Assembly (NCBI RefSeq): GCF_031769215.1
Contig: NW_026782032.1
Coordinates: forward strand, 434,001-498,000
DNA length: 64,000 bases
Direction of reading: 5' to 3'
Source: Ylistrum balloti
Lineage: Eukaryota
Shown here: in pieces, positions 53,401 through 64,000 of the stretch
How the letters are laid out: each line of letters starts with the position of its first letter
Numbering within the stretch: the stretch's first letter is position 1
The notes under the pieces: generated by a model
Told to the model about the DNA's origin: nothing
The model's database searches: none
What the model saw: the letters and a program-made list of their open reading frames with translations, nothing else
Made by a program: the position numbers and the translations under genes

Positions 53401-55783
53401 GACAGAAAAAAAACGTGTTTTTGAATAAACAATAAATCAAGCAGCTAGAAATGTGAACCGGACAGGAGTCTAAAACACTGTGTTAAACATTAAGTACAGA
53501 TTTATTCGTAAGTGTCGATATATTTCAGTAAATTTTGAATGTAACAGTAGCACTTCCCATTTAGCAGGGAAATAATTGGCAATGTGACATTTACGAAAAC
53601 AGGAGAGGTCTGTGTGCTAGGTGAACAGTCAACTGACTGTACTGTGTAATATCGATAGTTTTTCTATCTTAATTGTCCGACAGCACGTTCCACTTATGTG
53701 AAGTCTTGTTCAACCTTCACTACAACACGCGGTATGTACATATACAGGTAAGAAATGACACTCGCTATACTATGTCGTTAAGGGGGGAGACACAGCAATG
53801 TGTACGTTTAAAACCACATTTTTTTTACTGGACGTTAACACACAACCAATAATATCGTATGTTTCTTGGAAAAGGTTTCGTGTTAGTCAAAGCACACTTC
53901 ACTGAATGAATCTTTGTGTATGGGAGTTTTCTTTTTTTTTTTCTCCAGCTGAACTTTTAAATCGAATTTACGTTTCCAGAGGTATAAATTTGATTTAAAA
54001 AAAAAAAAAAAAAATCAATAACATTTTCAACTCTATTTGAAAGAACTTACTTATACATATTAGCCTATAATAACGCAAAGGTACACCACGGGATTTTTAA
54101 AAATATAAGTTCCTTGATCTCTCGAGATTTTCCAATGTCTATTCTCTGATTTAAGTTACAAGTTATTTCATGAATTGCGTTTAGTTTCTTATTTACACAG
54201 ACTTGGCTATAGTCTTTATCATAGTCCATAATTTTACAAAATATTAGCCACCCGTGATACAACTTTAAGTGTTTGTATGAATCGCCTTATTATTAATATC
54301 TAAATCGAAAAGGTTGAGAATGTGATTGTTAATAAACGCAAGAATCCCCTGTGCTGATTTATTTTGCATCGGTATAATTAACAAACAGGTAACTAAGCAG
54401 CGGTGATGTAGCAGTGCTCATCATCTGTCGCCGCCCAGATACAGATGGGCGGGGATGGGCAGCATGCATGCAACCCGTTCGGTGATATGAACAATTCAGA
54501 GGCGCATACGTCATCGCCTCCGCCAGATAGTGTGTCGAATCGAATAAAAAAGTTCTTTGATGAATCTAATAAATTTTTATAATCAGTTTGTGCGCGGGAT
54601 TGAAAATTCATCAACTATAACTATTCTCTTACTTATTCTTAAATTGCACATATTACAAAACAATATCACATAACATTGATTACGTTAAAAGCGATCAATG
54701 TCTTGTTTTATTTATTAACTATCCAATCCTCAATCCGGAAATCGATTTCACTTGTACTTGTATTGTGACACCGACATGTGCAGTCTGGTGTATACGTTAC
54801 CATGGATATTAACATGCAGACAGAGACAGGAGACGGTGGGTGGAAGGCCATTTTTTGAAAATTAATTGATTATTCCAGGAATCCAGACCTGACTGACGTT
54901 GTGTCAGTTTTGACACATTATCAAACTCGTTTACATTGAATATACTATTTACGGTATCATATTAAAAAAAATACATTAACAACACAATGATTGTATAAGC
55001 GATAACATTTACAGGTCAACGAAAGACTAGAACGATGAGCTCGTGATATACCGGAAAGTCATCATGTTATTGGTCTGTACACGTAGAAGTGTTTTGCCTT
55101 GAAATGCCGTTGTCAGGGAAAACACTGAAACTAGTCGTTAATTCAGTATCAATTTAAAATTTAGGACAGTATAAACATGGAGGATTAATACTTAGAAGTT
55201 TTGCCAAAGCACCTTTATATTCTCGTCCATTGGTAATCAAAACTACAGTACAACTGTTATGCTGTATGTTCAGTATCCATGGCATTGATGGGGGCGTGCA
55301 CGTACACGCGGAGAGATAGAAACACGTGCAGTCACGGCATAATCAATATCTGAGCTAGATAGAAATTCCAGGAACATTAAGTACCACGTGACATTCTATC
55401 AACGATATCTTCTAATATTTCAATAGGGGAGTGATGTTGTCATTGAAAACTCAGTTGTATTTATTTGTAATTATTGATAATTTACATATCTAATCCATGT
55501 CTTCGTGGACATAGGCCAAACTGATGTTTTTTTTCTAGTGCCGTGTTTCAAAACAAATCGATATGCACCACATTTAAATCATGCACGATACTTGTTTCAT
55601 GCGTAATTTTTTGAAGTTAAGTGAGCCTATACTTCTAGCTGTATCTCGTGTCGTCTAGATAACAATTTGTTGTTCACTGTAAATCTTCAGAAACGTCTTT
55701 GTTTACGGTATCCAGGAAGCAGAGACAAGACAGGACTATACTCGCACATGTGTAACTGTTTACGTTCGACAGAGGACACGCCC

Positions 55784-55791
55784 ACTTCCGG
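55784..55791. promoter_or_regulatory. ETS-type motif (ACTTCCGG) in the CpG-rich region upstream of the ligase-like gene
   Basis: Motif about 170 nt before ATG 55962; CACGTG E-boxes at about 55323 and 55385. Confidence 0.3.
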
Positions 55792-55961
55792 TATTACATA
55801 CTCGTTTCACAGAACTACTTATGTGTTACTCAGATGTTGCATCTTCCTTATCACGGGTAACTCACGTGATATTACATTATTTGTGCAATCAAAAACTTCA
55901 TAACCAGAAGTAATGCAAAACTTAGCGAACACTGAAAGCAAACGGGTACGACATAAGTGAC

Positions 55962-58900
55962 ATGGCTTCTGCAACGGGACATCATGACCAACTGAGACAA
56001 TGTATTCTAGATAAGTTGGATGGAAATCCATTTTACAAAGAGACAGATGTGTTTCTGAAGTTATTATTCGAGAGATCACTTTTGAAACAAGACCAAAGGG
56101 ACCACGAACAAGCTGAGAAGTAAGTTGGTTTTTCGTTATCTTGAACGGGACTAATGGAAGGGAAGTAACTCTAGATATGAATTGTATACAAGTATTACTG
56201 ATAATTGTGAAAACTGGTGAATTATACCTTGGCTATCTTATTATCCACTATTTTTTTTTATAGAGGCTCAATAATATTCCGCGAAGATGACGAAGAAAAT
56301 AATTCACTAAATACATGAATGAAATGATAAAAAAAAAAGAGTATAATGTATTTAATAACTAATTATTTTTATCAAAATATAAATGACATGCTTTTAAATT
56401 AAAATCTTTACTGTCAGGTGGTTATTTTGGGCCCGGCATGAATCCAAACTTCGGTGTGTGAAAGCTGGTGTTCCAATTGGTATTTTGCCAGAGGGTATTG
56501 AGGGTGAATTGGTAGATGTCAAAGTTTTCTCCAGAGGGCCTGATGATGCTATTTATGACAACAACGATCTTATCAGACGCAAGGTTTGTAACACCCGACA
56601 TCATGTAATTTAATAATTTTTTATTTAATCAGATACAAGTTCTATGATTAGTTACTTCATCTTCTTCTAAGGTATCTAGTATATTGGAGAAAAAAAGAAC
56701 CCATCATTACATAGATATGAAGGGATCCTGAAAGTGAGTTTTGATAGCTCAGTGGTAGTAATGTTGGCATACACAACCACATTTGAAGTTATGTGGTTGA
56801 AGTCATTCCCAACCTTAACAGTTCGTATTTCTCAGGAAGCTGAAATAGGGATAGGTATATGTGATTGTGTCGTTTGCAAGAGATTATTCCAATTACTCTT
56901 GACTGCCTGTGAGGAGCCTCCTGCATGTTGTTCAGTGAAACCTTGCCACAAAATTACCCAGGCTGTTGACAGGACAATAAACCCAGCTATTAATCCACCA
57001 ATCAATAGAAGTCTGTAGAATCGAGAACCAAACTCATATTGGGTACTAACTTGGTAGTCCTTGGTGGTGTTTTTCTACATGCTCAAGTTCAGATCAACAT
57101 AATTATGATATTTTGATGTTTGACCAATATAATTTACATGCATTTCAGAATTTTGAAACCCTAAGATGATGAAAGTGATAAAATTTACTTTATTTTAGTA
57201 GGACTTTTCATTTGTTGTGATGGAGCTAAAAACTTTAAAATTTCAATTTTTGTGATCAGTTCCTAGTGTCATAATTCATCCATCGAAAAATGAGAAAGAA
57301 ATCTGCTGAACTAGGTCAATTTTTTTCTTTAAAGTCATCAATATGATGACTCCTTCCATCCATCTGTCCATCCGTCCGTCCATCCATCGGGACATTCTGC
57401 CATCCTTCCGTCCGTCTTCACCTGCCATCATTCTTAAATTTTGTGTTTTATTTCATTAAGTGAGAAAGAAGTCTGTTGAACAAGGTCAATATTTTTTCCT
57501 TTAAAATCAATGTAGTGATTTTATAGGCTTTCCTATAAGAACAGGTTTTGATAAAAAATCATGAAAACTTTTATCAATCACTTGATATTTGTAGGTGGCA
57601 AGAGGTAATTGCTTCCTCCACCTGACATCGGGACCAGAGACAGGTGTGTCATGTGTTCTACAGGCCATGAAAAAGTTTACAGGAGGCCTGGGTGATGATG
57701 ACGACAGAGAGAGTGGAGACACTTTTGTATGGCAGAAGTATTTCACAAAGGTTAGTAGAAAATGATGAACACAAAATACTTCTATTTCTGAAACACATAC
57801 ATTTTTTCATTTGTATAGGAATATTAGTAATGAAAACAGAGAGGAAGATCTACCGTAAAGTCATTGAGATTTGTGGGGGATTTTTGTTGTTGTTGATTTT
57901 ATGGGTCAACTGAACCTAGAAATTCATATACCGATGAATTGTTGAAATTAGTATAAGTACATATTTTTATTTATAGTTTACCATGAAATCAAGTGTCTTA
58001 GAAAAAGTTAAAAACCACATAAATTGAGTCCCACAAAAATGTGATCCTGCAGTAGTATGTACACAACATTCTTATTTATCTACTTTTGTTTAGTGAATAT
58101 AAATTTTTCTTTACAAACAATGAATACTGTGTCTTTTGTTTAACAATATTGGATATTATGATATAGAGAATACATGGTCAGTGTCTTACAATGTAAGCTG
58201 TGTTTTGGCGAGGGTTAAGAAAGTGGCTCACCACTTTTGCCTTTCTGTATTCTATCTATCCAGCAACATTGATTGAAAAGCAGACTATTGAAACTTAAAC
58301 AGTTTGTGTTTACCTGACATTGATGTTACGCTGAATTGTGCCTGATTACGGACATAAAAATAATTGCTCCGCGTGGAAACATAGTTCCAAACTTCATTGG
58401 ATATTACAGCGATTTATGTTTATTCATCAATAAACTTGTTCATTACAACATGTAAAATCACTTATTTCGACTACTGTTAATATTTCTAATCGTAACATTT
58501 AAGTAAATTTAGAGAGTAATTCTATCAAATTACCACATATGCTAAAATACAGCTGTTTTCTGTCAATGCCAATCTTTTAAGATCAAATAACAAAATAATT
58601 TTTCCTTTTTTCTGATTATTGTTCAATATTTTGTTACATTAGTCCCTAGATGATGCATCTGTTGTCATAGCAACAAGGAAAGCCAATGGAGAGGCAGCCC
58701 ATTTGAGCTGTTGTATGATTGGTGGAGAGTATGTGTTGTGCGGGGGCTCCAAAAATGTTCACATGCTTTTCAGGAGAAAAGGTAAGAAAAAAAAGTAAAT
58801 GAAATAAAATTGTTTTACAGTAATTTTGTTCTGTATGTAATAGAAAACCATATTCTGATTTCATTTAATGGAAAATTTAAAGTTATGTTTCACAGAAATT

Positions 58901-61900
58901 TGAAAAATTTTATTTAATTTAAATCTGAAATTTCTCAATACATTTTCAATAGATAAGATTTTGTTTACAAGTGAATATTTTTTCTGTTGTTATCAGCAAC
59001 TCATATATATGACAAACAAATTAAATAGCTGTTATACATATCATTAGATACAACAAAGGTTTTACATATTACTTCTATACTTAATCTTCTATAAGAGGAT
59101 ATCAGAAGATATGGAGAGCCTCGCTTCCGTATTGCCAGAGAGGTGTGTTCGACGATCATGGACTCCATAGATAAAATGAATCCCCAGGAGAAGGAGAGGT
59201 AAAACATTAGTTCAACATGTCTTATATCTTTTTTTATGTTGAAGTTTATAAATTTAATATTTTGTAAATTGACGTAAAAATTTTTGAATTTTGATGTTTA
59301 ATGCTGAAACTTATGTAACACTTTAAACATTACTTTACATATAGATTTGTATTCTCTATAGGCTGTTGAAATTCCTGGTGACAAGTAAGTTCACTGGAGT
59401 GTTTGAGATCCTCGCACCTGACCACCAACATGTTGAAGATCTTTCTCATCTGTCTGGGTAAGCAGTGAACTTGGTGCAGAGGAATGGTCGAAGGGAGATA
59501 ATTTGAAAAAAATTTGGCAGTGAAAATTCTTCCTATATCCTATTTCTGAACCTTCTCTCTATATTGATTAAAAATCAATAATTTGAACATTTGAAGTTTT
59601 TGTTACCTTCAAAATGAATAATTACAAGGATAGGATCACAAAGGTGATTATTTTACATACTTAAGTAGCAGAAATTGCCACATATTATAAATCACAGGGA
59701 CTTGGCACTAATTACAGACCCCATGGTCCATATATATATGTATATATGGTTGGGAATTCACGCCAAGTCCCTGTGCAGTAAACCTTGATATATTTTAGGG
59801 TTTCTTTTTTCGTTTTACTTGGGAAAGAGGCTTTTTATCTCATTTTAGGAAGAAAATTGATCAAATGGGATGGAAATTTTAAGGAGTGAACTATTTGTTT
59901 TGGGAATCATTTCATGCATGTATTATGAAATAAATCTGACGTGGCCAATATTCTGCCATATTCAGTGTGGTAGCCACTAGCTACTTTAAGGAGATGCTTT
60001 GGCCTGTTTTTGTTTACTGTGCTTGGTATGTGATTTTTCATAAAAAGATATATTGAATCCAAAATACCAGAAGTGTGAATGATATTGCTACTGTTTCAGT
60101 CCAGAGCTACACTTTATCACATGGACACGCTGTGACCTTGACCCCTCAGGAGAAGATGTGGCAGCTGTTCCACCACACATTGGTATAGAGGTAAGGTTAC
60201 ATGCCCACCTATGTTTTTTCCCTATGCATCACTTTTGTAATGTTTGCTTTAGTTGTACACTGGTCTTCTGGTCTATCTGTAAACCTCTCAACAATTTAGA
60301 AATATCATAATGCTGTTGAACATTGTTAATTTGAACTCAGAAAACCTGTTTGACTTAGAGTACTTTGTCTGTCCTGGCAAAATTCTCTCATTATGTAAGT
60401 AATAAAATCTTGGAAATTCTTGAATTTCGAAAACTTGATAAACTCTGATAATTCAAAGTAAAAATCATAATAATACTCTCTAACCGAAGTTAAAAATTTA
60501 AGTCATAAATAGCACAGGCTGTCCAGCGTCCCTAAAATTCCTAAAAATTCCCAATTATTTTCAATTTTGCTAAAATTCCTAAAAAAAAATGAAAAATTTA
60601 AAGGGAATTCCTAAAAAAAGCCCTAATTTTTCACTTCAGTTCCTACTTTTTTATATTTCTTACAATTTACTGAAAATGTTTTCATTAAATTTATACTTAA
60701 AATGTATTTTAATGTAGTCTGTAGTTCTAATTCAGGGTAGACCATGAAAGGCAGTTTAACAGTGGATCTATGTACCCAGATTGTTATTGGTTGTGACTGA
60801 GTGACAGAGGTGTGATTCTTAAGGTCACAGCCAACAGCAGCTGGGACACTGAAACCCTGGAAGACACCTTTCCTGCTATTAAGGCATTGTATGTTAGTTT
60901 CTATTTTGTCAAATTTGCAACGGTAAGTCAGTTTAATGCTTTCATACTCCCTATTCTAGTTACAAAATTCCTTATTTTAGCCCTAAAATTGCCCTAAAAT
61001 TTTGTAATTTTAGCCCTAATTTTTTGTCAAGAAGTGCTGGACAGCCTGATAGCACTTTGAACTTCTGATGAGGTTTTAAAAGCGACAAACTGTGTCTTGG
61101 TACATTGTTATCAAAAGACACTGTATGCTCCAGTAGCACTTTAATTTTTGAAGAAAAACATGTTCGTCTAATATTACTATAAAACAATTTCTGATTTCAT
61201 AAATTTTGATTAAAAATAAAATGGTTCTTAAGTAAGCCTTTTATTAACACTTAAGCTTATGATAGTGTGATATGGAAATATGGGTAAACATACAGTCATG
61301 TGATGTACACTTATAGATTTTAATACTTTTTATAATTTCCAAGGAAAAGCACATAAAAATGACATACATTGTATTTATGTTGTATAGATATTTTCTAGTT
61401 CCCTACAACTTATTTGTTTCTAACTTTACAATCTTACCTAAATTGTATTACAGTCATTTGTCATAGGTTTTACCATAGGTCCTGCTGTACTCTGATTCAG
61501 CGCCATAATGATACATTTCATTAATGTGTAAAAGTGTCTCTCTTGGGGTTGACAGATTCAGTATTACCAATATTTAGTTTAAAAAATATTTTCATTCAAT
61601 ATTATAAATATTTAGAATGAACAGTGAAGCAAGATGTGGAAACATTCTTTATTTTTTTTCAATGATTAATCTCACATAACAAACGTTCATGTACAATGGA
61701 TACTGGTTAATAACATGATCCATTTGTGATGGATAATGTGATAATAAACTGATCTTTTATTTGGGAATCGTGAGATGTGAATAATCGGCCATTAGGGTAG
61801 CTATGATGTTTACATATGGCATCCAGGAGTGACGAATGGCTGTTGAGTTCTTGTCCTCACTTACCTGTGATTTACCTGTGTTTTTTTAATGATAGTTGTC

Positions 61901-64000
61901 ACAATGAAGCGATATTAAGCATTGTCCACATAGAAATAAATCACAATATCAGATGTTGATTACATGAAATATATAGGGATTAATGAGATGTTTGAAGCGA
62001 AATGTGGTATTAACTGGAAAGGGACATACACTTAATGACATTAAGTGGTTTCCAATGAATTTCCTTGTAGAACCACTAAAAGAAAAACTGTATATTTTTT
62101 CCACAGATAGCTCAAGCTTTAGGTCTAAAGACAGTTAAATACAACAGAGTAGACATCCCAGATCTGGACAAAAGGATGAAGGAGGTAAAAAAAGTTAGGA
62201 TCTGTTCAGCTCCTGAATTATTTTGCATACATCTTAATTTTAAGTATACAAGTAATGATATAATGAATACCCCAGGGAAATTTAAAAAAGGTGATTTATA
62301 CAACAATACAGAATAGTTATATAAGTAATACACAGTATTACAGGGCTGAGAAGTTACCAGTGATTTTTTGTGTCATTTTGTTACAAGAATTTTGAAATTA
62401 ATTGAAATGTCATTAATTAAATGGGTTAACAGCATTTTACTTTGAAAACAAAACCTGAGCAAAGAAATATATATGCGAACATATTGTTGACCTTGCAGGT
62501 CAGACCTCAACTCTCTTATGCATTGGAAACACTTTCTGATAAAAACTGTAATTTTTTCCCCCCAGATACGAGGAGGTTACCAGTTTGAGGGAGAAGTGTT
62601 ATATTTCCTTGACAATCAGGGGGTAGTCATGGGACTTCTAAAGAAGAAGACAGTATGGTAAGGTTATGTGAGGATTCCTTCAAACATGACCAATAAAGAC
62701 AGTGAGAAAATTCTCTACCCACACTTATAACACTTTACATATTTATATATGGCATATATTGTTTCCAAAAAGTATATTGGAAACTTTTTAATTAGACGCA
62801 ATCAAATTTGAGAGTTTAATTATTTTTTGGCAAATTGCATCCACAAGAATTCCTATATCAACAGTATATAGAGACTTCATTTCGTGCTATCATGTAGCGG
62901 AATAGTTTCAGCATGGATGTGCTGAATCAAGATCACCGTTTAAACTTGTATGTATGTTTATAGTGTTTATTCTGGTGATTAAAATCATCTTGTTGTTATT
63001 GTGACGATACCTAAGTAACTCACTTCGGTATCATTTTTTTGCCTACTGTGACACAAAAAAAAACAAAAAACAAAATGAAATGAGGCCAAACATCTGTGGA
63101 TCACTATGGAGACCATAGATATAGAGCTGAGTAGTCTTATTCAGCCAGGCTCTTGTAGTCTATACACACTATTAAGTGAATTGAACTGTTATATGCACCT
63201 ATCAATTTAACGGTGCTGACAAATGAAAACCAAAAGTGACAATTTCATAGTACTACATTTGACCAGATAGTTGGATAATGAATCAATCAAAGATGAACGA
63301 GACTGACATCCGGTAGGACTTAAACTGTGATGTAGTGAAATATGCTTTCTGCAATATTTATAAATAATAATTGATCAGGTGAAAAAATAGTTATGAAATT
63401 TCTTTCCATTTATTATATGTTTATGAAACTTGTCACAAATTTTTCGTTTTTATCTCATCAAAGGAGAAGTTCTCAGATTTGGTTCATAAATCACATATGA
63501 AATGGAAGCTCTGTTGTATTTATCAAGATAAGAAGGCACTAGAGAATTCATAAATTTGGGGTGGACGGATGGTGCACTGGGTAATGTTCTTACCATTAGC
63601 CAGGTTTTCAGGATTTCAAATCAATGATATTCCCTGCGTATGCAGGTTTCCTCCCCTAGTAATATCCTTGATATTCTTTAATCTGGGTCAAAAAGGGTGA
63701 TTTATTGGTATAACTTGTTTGACAGTTGTTGTAAAAAGAATTTAGCAAATTATTTTATAACTACACATATATCTGCTGTATTTAGGGCTGTGACAGGGAT
63801 ATGTTTTAGTTTCATGCTTGTGTGAAAGAAAAAACCTTTTTACAAATTTATCATGAATATGCTAAACACAATCATTCAGCATGCAAACCAACTTAAGATA
63901 ATGGAATGTGTTTTTGTTTCAGGTACATAATGTGCCGAGCAATCAGGGAAAAGCTACGGGCTGCATGTACCTCACTATCAAAATACAGGGAAAAATTCAC
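55962..64000 (+). CDS. Uncharacterised protein; predicted ATP-dependent RNA ligase of Trl1/T4 Rnl1 type (first 10 exons, about 385 aa; continues beyond the window)
   Basis: Exons 55962-56119, 56418-56583, 57595-57750, 58643-58781, 59096-59198, 59362-59457, 60100-60190, 62107-62184, 62566-62657, 63923-64000+. All GT-AG with matching phases and no stops. Motifs: ARG..F..KKF, TRKANGE (I), GGSKN (Ia), TGVFEI..DHQHV (III), FEGEV (IV), LKKKT (V), YIMCRAIRE. The gene structure is high confidence; the function is inferred. Confidence 0.8.
57280..57520. mobile_element. HINE-like remnant: two ~60-bp direct repeats about 170 bp apart around a (CCAT/CCGT)n microsatellite
   Basis: TGAGAAAGAARTCTGYTGAACWAGGTCAAT at about 57290 and 57460. 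Confidence 0.35.
59693..59775. mobile_element. 83-bp MITE-like element with perfect 14-bp TIRs
   Basis: CACAGGGACTTGGC (59693-59706) / GCCAAGTCCCTGTG (59762-59775); internal (TA)n hairpin; no TSD found. Confidence 0.6.
60515..61048. mobile_element. 534-bp non-autonomous DNA transposon (hAT-like), intact
   Basis: 13-bp perfect TIRs CAGGCTGTCCAGC/GCTGGACAGCCTG; 6-bp TSD ATAGCA at 60509-60514 and 61049-61054; subterminal CCCTAA(AATT) repeats near both ends. Confidence 0.88.

Noticed and set aside
54393-54614. 73-aa minus-strand ORF over the GC-rich patch
   Set aside because: No homology; elevated GC alone can explain the missing stops.
59693-59699. CACAGGG terminus resembling an RSS heptamer (Transib/RAG-like)
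   Set aside because: No nonamer, no 5-bp TSD and no transposase; the match is 6/7 only.

Overview
AT-rich, intron-containing animal DNA, most likely from a bivalve mollusc (inferred from Helentron-associated repeats, a tRNA-SINE core and dense minisatellites). There is no prokaryotic content and no CRISPR array. I reconstructed five spliced genes by hand from GT-AG sites and reading-frame continuity. (1) The last 3 exons of an SLC6 B0AT/SIT1-type amino-acid transporter (+). (2) Complete CCDC113/CFAP263 (-, 8 exons, 391 aa). (3) Complete casein kinase II alpha (+, 12 coding exons, 386 aa). (4) Complete CFAP20 (+, 5 exons, 194 aa). (5) The first 10 exons (about 385 aa) of a gene missed by the ORF track, which carries the nucleotidyltransferase motifs I, Ia, III, IV and V in the arrangement of fungal Trl1/T4 Rnl1 ATP-dependent RNA ligases. 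This last gene is the strongest novelty candidate. Other highlights: four 126-nt H/ACA snoRNA-like copies in CK2alpha introns with candidate 28S targets; a CCDC113/CK2alpha/CFAP20 order matching human 16q21 as I recall it; possible alternative CK2alpha C-termini; a 47-bp intergenic inverted repeat biased toward G.U pairs; and an intact TIR element with a 6-bp TSD. Almost all long ORFs in the supplied track come from tandem repeats. All homology and rRNA comparisons are from memory; no searches were run.
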